A stretch of 40,000 bases of DNA from Roseivirga sp. Its GTDB lineage: Bacteria; Bacteroidota; Bacteroidia; Cytophagales; Cyclobacteriaceae. The stretch is from positions 2,701,974-2,741,973 of the forward strand of contig OZ253951.1 in NCBI GenBank assembly GCA_965267365.1, read 5' to 3'. The notes under the pieces are model-generated. The model saw only the letters and a list, made by a program, of their open reading frames with translations, made no database searches and was not told the origin of the DNA. Of the stretch, positions 9,141-18,986 are shown in pieces (position 1 is the first letter of the stretch; the number at the start of each line of letters is the position of its first letter). Made by a program: the position numbers and the translations under genes.

Positions 9141-9148
9141 CAAAGATA
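9141..9148 (-). promoter_or_regulatory. Putative -7 promoter box (TATCTTTG on minus strand)
   Basis: The plus strand reads CAAAGATA. Twenty nt separate it from the ATG at 9120. Confidence 0.35.
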
Positions 9149-9179
9149 GCGGTTTTTCGTCCAAAAACATTTTAGAGCG

Positions 9180-10457
9180 TTAAGATTCAATTCTAAGTAA
9201 TTGATTACCAATCTTACAACTCAAGCACTTCTTCTGTTGACAATACTCGTGAAATAACTCATTCAGTCCTTGTGAGTCAAAAGCTGAAGAAATTTGCCAG
9301 TTGAGTTGCCTCCATTGCCTAGTTACGCGATTCTCCTCTTTTGGCAACATACTTAGCAAACTCAAGGCTTTCTCCTGATAACCTATTTGATCAGTATATC
9401 GACTATATACCATTAACATGGGAGCAGTTACATTGATCAATAAATGATTAATGGCGGACTTCGATAGTTTATACCCTTTAACCGAAGCAACCCTCCCTAA
9501 CCTGTGATGTATCTTCCAATACTCAGAAGGTTCCAATTGCAACTTCTTAACTAAGGATTCAACATCACTGAAAGACTGAAAAAGGTCCCAGAGATTTTTC
9601 GAGTAATATATTACTGCTGCTAATTGGGCAATTCTAAACACGGGGAAGTTGGCCGGCCTTAGGGGCGAGAACTTCCAATAATGGATCTCTAATTCTTTCT
9701 CAATTGCATACTTAGATCTTAAGTAACCATACTCCTCTTTCAAACTCAAATGATAACTATCCAAAGGCTCGGAGTCCAAAAAGCCTGCGGTACCTAAAAG
9801 CATAGCTTCAATCTGAAAAAGACTGTTTAGCCTAACTAGTTTCTTGATCGACAAGAGTCTAGAAAGTGCCAACATGCCCTCTCCATTGATTTTAAAGCCC
9901 ATCCCTTTGGCCAGCATTCGAAAAGTCACTTCTTCCCAATCAAACTGAGTTTGTTTCAATTCGAATTCCACTGTTTCTGACTTGCGCTTTAGCCTCTCGA
10001 TTAAGACAACCTCTAACATCAATAGACGACTAATGTGATTAACAGTGTGAATCTGATCTTCACATGGAATATGGCCAGGATGTTCGATCAAATTCATGTA
10101 TCGATGATAGACTTTCGGCTTATAAACTCCTTTGAGTTCCAAACATGGAATGATCGATTGGTCCCTATTCAAAATAGTTTTATCAGCAAGAAAGACTACA
10201 TGGAGAATGACATTTTCGAAATGAGGATCATGCTGATGGTTGTGCCTATGCCAGTCTGATGCTTTCACATGCATTTCTACCGATCCATACCAGCGTATCC
10301 CATCAATAAGTATATGAGCCTCTATGAAGTCTGGACCGTTATTTAAATTCCTGAAGCCTGGTTGGATGATCTCGATCTTGCTGCCATCAATAAGCATAAG
10401 ATCCTTCTTTCTGAACAGCTGATGCTGCCAGATGTAGTAAAGAAATTCTTCTCTCAT
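9180..10457 (-). CDS. DUF2851 family protein
   Basis: MREEFLYYIWQHQLF...GPDFIEAHILIDGIRWYGSVEMHVKASDWHRHNHQHDPHFENVILHVV and a C-terminal CQQKKCLSCKIG match my memory of DUF2851. Confidence 0.8.
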   Translation of the reverse strand: MREEFLYYIWQHQLFRKKDLMLIDGSKIEIIQPGFRNLNNGPDFIEAHILIDGIRWYGSVEMHVKASDWHRHNHQHDPHFENVILHVVFLADKTILNRDQSIIPCLELKGVYKPKVYHRYMNLIEHPGHIPCEDQIHTVNHISRLLMLEVVLIERLKRKSETVEFELKQTQFDWEEVTFRMLAKGMGFKINGEGMLALSRLLSIKKLVRLNSLFQIEAMLLGTAGFLDSEPLDSYHLSLKEEYGYLRSKYAIEKELEIHYWKFSPLRPANFPVFRIAQLAAVIYYSKNLWDLFQSFSDVESLVKKLQLEPSEYWKIHHRLGRVASVKGYKLSKSAINHLLINVTAPMLMVYSRYTDQIGYQEKALSLLSMLPKEENRVTRQWRQLNWQISSAFDSQGLNELFHEYCQQKKCLSCKIGNQLLRIES

Positions 10458-10480
10458 TTCAGTGTGTGTTTACACTGAAA

Positions 10481-11296
10481 CTACATAAATTCTGCTAGAT
10501 AATTAGACATTTCGTCTCTAAGCTCCTTGGCCTTTTGACCAGCCACCTTAGCAAAATCTTCAGACGAATCGGCATAAATTATACCTCTAGAGGAGTTCAC
10601 TAAAAGACCGCACTGGCTATTCATACCATGCTTTGAAACTTCTGAAAGGCTCCCCCCTTGAGCCCCAACACCTGGAACCAATAAAAAATGATCAGGAACG
10701 ATTTTTCGAATATTAGATAGTGCTTCAGCCTTGGTGGCCCCGACCACATACATGAGTTCTTCATCTGAACCCCATTCTTGGCTCTTTCTAAGCACCTCCT
10801 CGTACAGCTGACCTCCTTGAGCTAGCTCTAGGTTTTGGAAGTCTTTACCCCCTGCATTAGATGTAAGCCCTAGAAGAATGACCCATTTACCCTCAAACTC
10901 AAGAAAGGGTTTGACAGAATCCTCACCCATATATGGAGCCACAGTCACAGAATCAAAATTCATTGATTCAAAGAAAGCTCTTGCATACATTTTAGAGGTA
11001 TTACCAATATCTCCTCTCTTAGCATCAGAGATTGTGAAGGCCTCTTTCGGGATATAGTCTATTGTCTTCTGAAGACTTTCCCACCCTTTTAATCCATGCG
11101 CTTCGTAAAATGCAATATTGGGTTTATATGCGACAGCATAGTCAATAGTTGCATCTATGATCTGCTTGTTGAATTCAAAAATAGGATCATCAGATGAGAG
11201 CAGATGCTCCGGGATTTTTTTGATATCAGTATCTAATCCAACACAGAGGTATGAACCTTTACTTTGGATTTGGGCGAATAATTCTGATTTGTTCAT
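10481..11296 (-). CDS. pyrF: Orotidine-5'-phosphate decarboxylase (type 2)
   Basis: [14 protein letters not shown]..., [11 protein letters not shown] and [11 protein letters not shown]. Confidence 0.9.
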   Translation of the reverse strand: MNKSELFAQIQSKGSYLCVGLDTDIKKIPEHLLSSDDPIFEFNKQIIDATIDYAVAYKPNIAFYEAHGLKGWESLQKTIDYIPKEAFTISDAKRGDIGNTSKMYARAFFESMNFDSVTVAPYMGEDSVKPFLEFEGKWVILLGLTSNAGGKDFQNLELAQGGQLYEEVLRKSQEWGSDEELMYVVGATKAEALSNIRKIVPDHFLLVPGVGAQGGSLSEVSKHGMNSQCGLLVNSSRGIIYADSSEDFAKVAGQKAKELRDEMSNYLAEFM

Positions 11297-11934
11297 TAGT
11301 TGCGTAGATCAGTCTCTATATCGACTGGATTTTTGCTTCGATCGAATTCGAAATAACCTTCAGGAAAAGATTTGTCTGGCACGAAGCTCGACACCTCGAA
11401 TGACGTTGGTATGCCATCATAATCGATCAGATCCCAAGCTTTTAAATAACTATCTTTTTGGCCGATATACATGATGATGTTCGTAAAGTCAGCATCTTCA
11501 TCAGTCGACACCAGTTCAATAACATCAACCGCTTCTCCTTCAACCTCATCTGCTCTTTTATATTCGAACGTAAAACCTTCCTTGTAAATATCGTAAATAT
11601 TAGCAGGGTTGATCGCCTGCTCATCTGGTTCGAAATTACTTATGGTCAACTCTTGGTCTTCTACTAGGTAAGTCCATAGCACTGGACCATTACAGTATAT
11701 GTATTGGTCTTGAAATCTGACCAAAAACTTTTCTTTAGAAACTGAGGCATCTCCACTAATGCGACCAACCACATCTCCTTCGCTCATCACTTGCTGAACA
11801 AAGGCGATCTCAAAGCCTGGCATAGCTTTGTAGGTCTCACTCATCTTGTCCAAAATTACTTTTGGATCATTTTCCTGTCCCACTAATGTGCCCGTCATAA
11901 AAAGGACCAAGCACATATAAATCACTCTTTTCAT
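11296..11934 (-). CDS. lolA: LolA-like outer-membrane lipoprotein carrier protein
   Basis: Signal peptide, then [21 protein letters not shown]. It has the size and post-ftsK position typical of Bacteroidota LolA. Confidence 0.75.
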   Translation of the reverse strand: MKRVIYMCLVLFMTGTLVGQENDPKVILDKMSETYKAMPGFEIAFVQQVMSEGDVVGRISGDASVSKEKFLVRFQDQYIYCNGPVLWTYLVEDQELTISNFEPDEQAINPANIYDIYKEGFTFEYKRADEVEGEAVDVIELVSTDEDADFTNIIMYIGQKDSYLKAWDLIDYDGIPTSFEVSSFVPDKSFPEGYFEFDRSKNPVDIETDLRN

Positions 11935-11953
11935 ATTTCAATATCTAATTGAA

Positions 11954-14533
11954 TCAGTTATTGTTCAGTTCGTTCAATAACTGTTCCAAACTATATTCGT
12001 CCGGAATTAAGACCTCTCTAGCCTTAGAACCTTCAAATGGTCCTACAATTCCAGCAGCCTCTAATTGATCGATCAGACGCCCTGCTCTATTATATCCCAA
12101 TTTGAGCTTTCTTTGAATCAAACTGGTACTACCTTGTTGATGGTTTACGATCAACTTGGCAGCTTCTTCAAACAGAACATCTCTGTCAGAGAGATCAATG
12201 TCGGACTTACCTCCATCGCCTTCGTCACCCACATATTCTGGCAACATATAGGCTGATTCATAACCTCTTTGCGAGCCTATGAACTCACAAATTTCGTCTA
12301 CTTCTGGCGTATCTACAAATGCACATTGCAAACGAGTTATTTCAGAACCCATAGACAATAGCATATCCCCTTGACCGATCAATTGATCTGCACCTCCAGC
12401 ATCCAAGATTGTTCTTGAGTCTACTTTTGAAGTTACTCTAAATGAGAGCCTAGCAGGGAAGTTAGCTTTGATAATACCCGTAATTACATTTACTGAAGGA
12501 CGTTGGGTAGCAACAACCAAATGAATACCGATGGCACGAGCTAACTGTGCCAAACGAGCAATTGGAGTTTCTACCTCCTTACCAGCAGTCATCATTAAGT
12601 CTGCCAACTCATCAATAACTAAGACGATATATGGTAAAAACCTGTGTCCTTTTTCAGGATTCAACTTGCGGTCAACGAACTTCTTATTGTACTCCTTAAT
12701 ATTTCTACAAGCTGCATCCTTTAGTAAATCATATCTCTGATCCATCTCAATACAAAGCGAATTCAGCGTATTAATTACCTTCTTAGTATCTGTGATAATC
12801 GCATCTTCAGAGTCAGGCAACTTAGCCAAGTAGTGTCTCTCTATTTTGTTGAATAGAGTAAGCTCCACTTTTTTAGGGTCGACCAACACAAACTTCAGTT
12901 GAGAAGGATGCTTTTTATACAGCAATGAAGTCAAAATCACATTCAGACCCACAGACTTACCCTGACCAGTTGCACCAGCCATTAACAAGTGAGGCATCTT
13001 AGCAAGATCAGTTACGAAAACTTCATTTGAAATGGTTTTACCAAGAGCAACTGGCAAAGCCATATCGGAATTCATGAATTTATCAGTAGACACCACCGAC
13101 TTCATGGACACCATTTCTTTATTCGCATTAGGCACTTCAATACCGATAGTTCCTTTACCCGGAATTGGAGCAATGATACGTATCCCCAATGCTGCTAAAC
13201 TCAGCGCGATGTCATCTTCCAAGTTTTTGATTTTAGAGATTTTCACCCCAGCTTCAGGAATGATCTCATAAAGTGTGATGGTTGGACCAATTGTCGCTTT
13301 AATACTGGAAATACCAATTTTAAAGTTGGTAAGAGTCTCTACAATTTTATCCTTATTGGCCTGAAGCTCGTCTTTGGTTACAGAGATCTTACCTGTAGAA
13401 TATTCATTCAGCAGATCAGTCTTAGGAAACTCATACTTCCCAAGGTCTAAAGTTGGATCATAGTGCCCTGCTTTCTCTACAAGCTTCTCTGCTGCTTCTT
13501 TGATCTCAACTTCGAATGCTGGCTCTGTCTCTTCTTTTTTCTTAGGCTCAGGTTCTGGAATATTAACATCTAATTCAACTGATGGTGCAGCTGGTTCTTC
13601 GGCAGGCTCCACTTCCTGAGGCTCCTCCACTGTTGCGCCAATATCCGTTGTCAGTTCAATATCTTCTTTAGGCTCATTCTTGATCTCTGAGAGCTCAACT
13701 GCTAATTCAGCAACTTCTTTAGCTTCTTTTTCTTCCTTCAAGGAAACAACCCAATCCTTCAACTCTGCTTCTGTATCCGAAGTCTCCTCATTCTCTGACT
13801 CCACTACTTCATCAACTGGTTTCTCTTTTACTTCATTAGTTGTCGCAGTCTCAACTGGTGCCTCAGCCACAGCAGTGTCTTCTGTAGCTTTCTTCAATGT
13901 AAATACTTGGGTAATATTGAAGAAGAAGATCATGAAGACCAATAGGGTAAATACCAAAAACAGGATCGTACCAAAGCCTAAGAGGCTATCGAAATAAACA
14001 GAGAGTTGATAACCGAGACCACCACTGTAGAAGCTCCATTCGGAAACACCATCTCCAGATTTGATCATCGAGCCCATCAACAAGCTAGTCCAAACTAAAA
14101 AGAACAAAGCAAAAGCAGTTGCTCTCTTGATATTGATCAATTCCTTACCCCAAACGATCTTATATCCTAATAGAAAGAGTACAGGTGGGATTAAGAATGA
14201 ACCTATTCCGAACCAAGCAAATATCAATTTATGGGAAACCAAAGCTCCCAGGAGCTTCATCCAATTTTGCGCCTCTTGTCCAAGAGACCTAACAGTCTCA
14301 TCATCACCAAAAATTGCCTCGACCACACTTTGATCGGCCTTACCGGTGAAGAGGTAACTAAAGCAGGCCAGAAAGACAAAAACAGCAGTTAGTAACAGAA
14401 AGAATCCGACAGACAATTGGAGTCTTCGATCTTTCAAGAATGGAATTTCTAACTTCTTTTTGGGGCTTTTTTTGCTTTTGGCTTTACCTTGATTTGACTT
14501 AAAAGTATTAGAGCGGTAAGTATTTTGGGCCAT
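11954..14533 (-). CDS. ftsK: DNA translocase FtsK
   Basis: N-terminal TM segments, an acidic E/P/K-rich linker, Walker A MAGATGQGKSVGLN, VIDELADLMM, ATQRPSV and a C-terminal gamma domain (STSLIQRKLKLGYNRAGRLIDQLE). Confidence 0.95.
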   Translation of the reverse strand: MAQNTYRSNTFKSNQGKAKSKKSPKKKLEIPFLKDRRLQLSVGFFLLLTAVFVFLACFSYLFTGKADQSVVEAIFGDDETVRSLGQEAQNWMKLLGALVSHKLIFAWFGIGSFLIPPVLFLLGYKIVWGKELINIKRATAFALFFLVWTSLLMGSMIKSGDGVSEWSFYSGGLGYQLSVYFDSLLGFGTILFLVFTLLVFMIFFFNITQVFTLKKATEDTAVAEAPVETATTNEVKEKPVDEVVESENEETSDTEAELKDWVVSLKEEKEAKEVAELAVELSEIKNEPKEDIELTTDIGATVEEPQEVEPAEEPAAPSVELDVNIPEPEPKKKEETEPAFEVEIKEAAEKLVEKAGHYDPTLDLGKYEFPKTDLLNEYSTGKISVTKDELQANKDKIVETLTNFKIGISSIKATIGPTITLYEIIPEAGVKISKIKNLEDDIALSLAALGIRIIAPIPGKGTIGIEVPNANKEMVSMKSVVSTDKFMNSDMALPVALGKTISNEVFVTDLAKMPHLLMAGATGQGKSVGLNVILTSLLYKKHPSQLKFVLVDPKKVELTLFNKIERHYLAKLPDSEDAIITDTKKVINTLNSLCIEMDQRYDLLKDAACRNIKEYNKKFVDRKLNPEKGHRFLPYIVLVIDELADLMMTAGKEVETPIARLAQLARAIGIHLVVATQRPSVNVITGIIKANFPARLSFRVTSKVDSRTILDAGGADQLIGQGDMLLSMGSEITRLQCAFVDTPEVDEICEFIGSQRGYESAYMLPEYVGDEGDGGKSDIDLSDRDVLFEEAAKLIVNHQQGSTSLIQRKLKLGYNRAGRLIDQLEAAGIVGPFEGSKAREVLIPDEYSLEQLLNELNNN

Positions 14534-14589
14534 TGAAAAATTGTAAACCTGATAATACGAATATATATCTAAAATATAAGAAACAACGG

Positions 14590-15645
14590 CTATTTAGCCG
14601 AATTATTCCCTCTTTTCCAGGCGGCAATCCCCTTATTGATTCTCTTAAGCATTGAAGGCCCTTCGTAGATAAATCCTGAGTAAACTTGAACCAGAGTCGC
14701 TCCTGCTTCTAACTTCTCAATAGCATCTTCAGCTGTATTGATTCCTCCGACACCTATTATTGGAAAGGCACCACCTGACTTTTGAGATAAATATTTGATC
14801 ACCTCGGTAGATCTTGATCGAACTGCCTTACCACTCAGCCCACCAGCCCCAATCTCTTCCACTGTGCTTTTAGATGTTTTTAATCCTTCTCTTGAGATGG
14901 TAGTATTTGTAGCAATAAGACCATCCAATTTGATCTCCACCATGATATCGATGATATCATCTAACTGTTCATTAGTTAAATCGGGAGCAATTTTAAGAAG
15001 GATTGGCTTTTGACTTTGATAAGAAGTACCCTCCTGCTGTAATGTTTGTAACAGTGCTTTTAGCGGCTCTTTTTCCTGTAACTCTCTTAAATTCGGAGTA
15101 TTGGGCGAGCTCACATTCACTACAAAATAATCTACATAGGGATGTAAAGCGTGAAAACACTTTTTGTAATCATCTACTGCATTCTCATTTGGAGTCACCT
15201 TGTTCTTACCGATGTTACCTCCGATCAAAACTCCAGTTTTCTTTTTCTTTAACCTTTCGATCGCCTCTTCTACCCCACCATTATTAAAGCCCATGCGATT
15301 GATCAAACTCTGATCTTCTGGCAATCTGAAAAGACGAGGTTGTGGATTCCCAGCCTGACCAACAGGTGTTAAAGTTCCTACTTCAATAAAGCCGAAACCA
15401 AAAGCAGATAACTCATCAAAAAGCTTAGCATCCTTATCGAAGCCAGCAGCCAAACCTACAGGATTAGGGAATTTGAGGCCAAAACACTCCACCTCTAAGC
15501 TCTCATCTTTATAGTTGTAAATGGAATTAGCAATTGATGAGACACCAGGAATTTTAAAGAGCCTCTTGATCCAATTGAATGAAAAATAGTGTGCGTTTTC
15601 GGGAGCTTTAGTGAAAAGTATTGGTCGGATGAGTGTCTTATACAC
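14590..15645 (-). CDS. pyrD: Dihydroorotate dehydrogenase (quinone), class 2
   Basis: (GTG)[10 protein letters not shown]..., [26 protein letters not shown]-like [12 protein letters not shown] and GVGGI. I prefer the GTG start at 15645 because a -7 box lies between it and the track ATG at 15699. Confidence 0.9.
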   Translation of the reverse strand: MYKTLIRPILFTKAPENAHYFSFNWIKRLFKIPGVSSIANSIYNYKDESLEVECFGLKFPNPVGLAAGFDKDAKLFDELSAFGFGFIEVGTLTPVGQAGNPQPRLFRLPEDQSLINRMGFNNGGVEEAIERLKKKKTGVLIGGNIGKNKVTPNENAVDDYKKCFHALHPYVDYFVVNVSSPNTPNLRELQEKEPLKALLQTLQQEGTSYQSQKPILLKIAPDLTNEQLDDIIDIMVEIKLDGLIATNTTISREGLKTSKSTVEEIGAGGLSGKAVRSRSTEVIKYLSQKSGGAFPIIGVGGINTAEDAIEKLEAGATLVQVYSGFIYEGPSMLKRINKGIAAWKRGNNSAK

Positions 15646-15659
15646 GGCAGAAATTTTGG

Positions 15660-15667
15660 CAAAAATA
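15660..15667 (-). promoter_or_regulatory. Putative -7 promoter box (TATTTTTG on minus strand) for pyrD
   Basis: The plus strand reads CAAAAATA, 14 nt upstream of the GTG at 15645. Confidence 0.35.
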
Positions 15668-15728
15668 AGCGATTGATCGCATAATAGAAACCAAAGCAAT
15701 GCGTATCATTGATGAAATATCTAGATAA

Positions 15729-16805
15729 TTGAAAAAGAGTTTATACCTCATTCTTCTACTTCATTTTTTTAGTCTAGGACATGCTCAAGAATTGAAGCTC
15801 ATGTTTATCGGTGACGTGATGGGTCATGACGCTCAAATCATTGCCGCATATGACTCAGTTACCCATCAATTCAATTATGACCAGACATTTGAACCTGTTA
15901 CCCCCTTACTCAGATCAGCCGACTTTGCAATAGCCAATTTAGAAGTCACTCTTGCAGGAAAGCCATACGGTGGTTATCCCAAGTTCTCTTCACCCGATGA
16001 ACTAGCGGCCTCATTAAAAAGAGCAGGCATTGACGCTTTAATGCTAGCTAATAATCATTCAGCCGACAGAGGAAATCAAGGAATTATTAGAACCATTGAA
16101 GCTTTAGATTCATTAAAAATTGAGCACACAGGCACTTTTAAAAACCTCAAGGACCGCAATAAGAGGAATGCGCTAGTCCTTGAGAAAAACGATGTTAAGA
16201 TTGGAGTCTTAAATTATACTTATGGGCTGAATGGCATGCCAGTGTCTGTCCCTGTTATTGTCAATAGAATAGATTCTCTTCAGATGAAAAGGGACATTTT
16301 AGAGACTCGAAAACTCGGTTTGGATAAGCTCATCGTATTTCTCCATTGGGGCAAAGAGTATCTTCATCAGCCTTCACAAAACCAACAGGATTTAGCCAAT
16401 TACCTGTTTTCACTAGGAGTTGATATTATCATCGGTAGCCACCCTCATGTTTTACAGCCCATGGCCTACATGAAAGACAAGGGTCAGTTCATCGCCTATT
16501 CTTTGGGTAATTTTGTATCTAATCAAAGACCATTCCCTAGAGATGGAGGAGCCATTGTTGAATTGACATTGAGAAAAGAAAATGGAGACACCAAGATCAT
16601 TGATAGTGGTTACCATTTAGTTTGGGTCGACAAAACCTACCCCATCAGTCAAGGAAAGTTTCAGATCTTGTCTTGCACAGAAACTGAAAAGCAACAGTTC
16701 AATGGGCTCTCAGAATCTTCTAGAAATAAAATGAAGGAATTCATGGACTCGAGCCGCATGCTTCTTCAGGAAAAGAACCTACTGGTAAAGGAAAAAGAGC
16801 ATTAA
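15729..16805 (+). CDS. CapA family (metallophosphatase-like) secreted protein
   Basis: TTG start, signal peptide, FIGDVMGHD, LANNHSADRG and IIGSHPHVLQP. Confidence 0.8.
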   Translation: MKKSLYLILLLHFFSLGHAQELKLMFIGDVMGHDAQIIAAYDSVTHQFNYDQTFEPVTPLLRSADFAIANLEVTLAGKPYGGYPKFSSPDELAASLKRAGIDALMLANNHSADRGNQGIIRTIEALDSLKIEHTGTFKNLKDRNKRNALVLEKNDVKIGVLNYTYGLNGMPVSVPVIVNRIDSLQMKRDILETRKLGLDKLIVFLHWGKEYLHQPSQNQQDLANYLFSLGVDIIIGSHPHVLQPMAYMKDKGQFIAYSLGNFVSNQRPFPRDGGAIVELTLRKENGDTKIIDSGYHLVWVDKTYPISQGKFQILSCTETEKQQFNGLSESSRNKMKEFMDSSRMLLQEKNLLVKEKEH

Positions 16806-17707
16806 GCTCTGGGGTGAAATTCTTGAATGACCTGTCTCAGATAGTTTTGATCTAGGTGTGTATAGATCTCAGTAGTGGTGATCGATTCATGGCCCAACAT
16901 CTCTTGAACCGCTCTTAGATCAGCCCCTCCCTCGATCAAATGAGTAGCAAAAGAGTGCCTAAATGTATGTGGACTTATGGTCTTCTTGATACCAGATTTG
17001 TTCACTAAGTCTTTGATCACTATAAAAACCATTTGCCTAGTTAGCTGTCTACCTCTTCTATTGAGAAATAGAAAACTCTCAAATCCCATTTGAATATCTA
17101 AGTGTGTCCTTACTTCTTCCTTATAGATCTTGATATACTTCAAAGCCTCTCTTCCGATTGGCACGAGACGCTCTTTATTCCCTTTTCCAATCACTCTTAA
17201 AAAACCTACCTCCTCCATCACATTGGCTATTTTAAGATTGATCAATTCTGAAACCCTCAGCCCCGAACTATAAAGGGTTTCAAGCATAGCCCTGTTGCGC
17301 TGGCCTTCCGGTTTTGAATGATCGATGGCTGCTAATATCTGATCTATTTCGTCTATACTTAAGGTGTCTGGTAGCTTGCGACCCAACTTAGGTGCTTCTA
17401 GTAAGTTCGTAGGGTCTAAGTCGATCTCATTGGTATATAATAAGAATTTGTAAAATGACTTAAGCCCAGAAATGATCCTAGCTTGAGAATAAGCACTCAT
17501 GCCAAGATCATTGATGAATTCGATAAAATCCTGGAGCTCTACAATAGTTACTGTTATCGGCTGAGCTTGCGAGTCTTTCAAGTCCAAAAACCTTTTGAAT
17601 TTCTCAATATCTCTGACATAGGCTTCTACAGAATTATGGCTTAAGCCCCTTTCGAGCCTCAGATAATTCTCATATTCTTGAATATAAATGTCCCAAGCCA
17701 TCTTCAA
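16802..17707 (-). CDS. xerD: Site-specific tyrosine recombinase XerD
   Basis: YLRLERGLSHNSVEAYVRDIEKF, LYSSGLRVSEL, HTFRHSFATHLIEGGADLRAVQEMLGHESITTTEIYTH. Confidence 0.9.
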   Translation of the reverse strand: MKMAWDIYIQEYENYLRLERGLSHNSVEAYVRDIEKFKRFLDLKDSQAQPITVTIVELQDFIEFINDLGMSAYSQARIISGLKSFYKFLLYTNEIDLDPTNLLEAPKLGRKLPDTLSIDEIDQILAAIDHSKPEGQRNRAMLETLYSSGLRVSELINLKIANVMEEVGFLRVIGKGNKERLVPIGREALKYIKIYKEEVRTHLDIQMGFESFLFLNRRGRQLTRQMVFIVIKDLVNKSGIKKTISPHTFRHSFATHLIEGGADLRAVQEMLGHESITTTEIYTHLDQNYLRQVIQEFHPRA

Positions 17708-17743
17708 TGATAGGGAAAAATGGTCAATGGCGTATTATAATAA

Positions 17744-17789
17744 AAAGCGATTCTGCACATCATAAGAAATGACAGATTAAAATCGCTTT
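17744..17789. repeat. 9-bp perfect inverted repeat with 28-nt spacer in the xerD / deiminase divergent region
   Basis: AAAGCGATT (17744-17752) pairs with AATCGCTTT (17781-17789). Confidence 0.4.
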
Positions 17790-17807
17790 CAAACCAAAAC
17801 GACTGAG

Positions 17808-18929
17808 ATGAGAAAAGACATGAATCTACTATTGATAAGCTTCCTCGCGGCACTGCTTTCTGCGTGCACAGATCCAGTAGAACCAAATAACGAAATGGTT
17901 GAGATACTTTATACCTTCCCTAAAGAAAGTGAGCCACAAGAAGGTACTTGGATGCAATGGCCGCACCATTATCAATATGGTGTTCAATTCCGAGACGACT
18001 TAGATCCTACATGGATAGAATTGACAAGAGTATTAGCCACTAGCGAAAACGTTCATATCATCGCTTATGATCGGGTAGAACAAAACAGAATCACCGATCT
18101 ATTGAACAATGCGAATGTCGATATGTCAAAAGTTGATTTTAAGATCTTCCCAAATGATGACTTTTGGATCAGAGACAACGGCCCGATCTATGTTCATGAC
18201 CCAGAAGGAAACCTTGCTATTCAAGATTGGGGATTCAATGGATGGGGTAATAAAACAGAATTTGAAAACTGTGACGAGATCCCTTCTAGAATCGGACAAG
18301 ATCAAAATCGAACTGTGGTAGACCTCAATAATATCATGATCAATGAAGGAGGAAGTGTAGAGCTTGACGGAAACGGCACATTAATGGCTTGCAAAAGCTC
18401 AATTCTCAATAGCAATAGAAATCCAGGAATGACTCAGGCATAAGCTGAGCGCATATTCACCACCTATCTAGGTGCCACCAACTTCGTTTGTCTCGATGGG
18501 CAGGCGGAACTAGAAATTACCGACCAGCATATTGATGGTTTCGCACGTTTCGGAAACTCAAACACCATTGTAACCATGAACAGAGATGACTTGCTGGCTT
18601 TCGATGTTCAGCAGTCTGACATTGACAAGCTATTTGCTGCAACTAATAAGAACGGTGAAGCCTACGAATTTCTTCGACTTCCGCTGTCTCAGAACGATGT
18701 TGTGACAACCTATGGTGAAAACCTCGGTTACAAAGGGTCTTATTGCAATTATTACATTGCCAATACAAAAGTGATTGTGCCCACTTATAACGACCCTAAT
18801 GATAGTGTTGCATTAGAATTATTACAAAGTCTTTATCCGAATAGAAAAGTGGTAGGGACAGATTTTCGAAATGCATATACCAATGGAGGTATGACTCATT
18901 GTGTTACTCAGCAGCAGCCATTGGAGTGA
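17808..18929 (+). pseudogene. Agmatine deiminase / peptidyl-arginine deiminase (PAD_porph) family lipoprotein, interrupted by one in-frame TAA at 18441-18443
   Basis: ORFs 17808-18443 and 18576-18929 are in the same frame. The sequence between them also reads through in that frame (AERIFTTYLGATNFVCLDGQAELEITDQHIDGFARF). Family motifs are WMQWPH, FWIRDNGPIYV, EGGSVELDGNGTL, TDQHIDGFARF and the catalytic GGMTHCVTQQQP. The lipobox is LLSAC. Confidence 0.8.
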
Positions 18930-18986
18930 TTTCGATCAAAAGTTGGTACTGATTTTGCTTTCTTAGGGTGAACTAAACCAGATAAG

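Noticed and set aside
13680-14333. Two plus-strand ORFs (105 aa and 90 aa) lie opposite ftsK, and the DNA here looks repetitive.
   Set aside because: They are antisense to the acidic E/P/K-rich FtsK linker and TM region. The apparent repetitiveness is codon-level low complexity of the linker, not a discrete repeat element.
15646-15699. The ORF track gives pyrD an 18-codon N-terminal extension ([18 protein letters not shown]).
   Set aside because: The canonical PyrD N-terminus begins at the GTG (15645), and a -7 box lies inside the extension.
17704-17886. A 60-aa minus-strand ORF bridges the xerD start and the deiminase-like start.
   Set aside because: It overlaps the starts of two supported genes and has no motifs, so I treat it as spurious.
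18444-18575. There is an apparent 132-bp intergenic gap between two ORFs.
   Set aside because: It is not intergenic. It continues the deiminase reading frame with conserved family sequence, as described in the pseudogene call.
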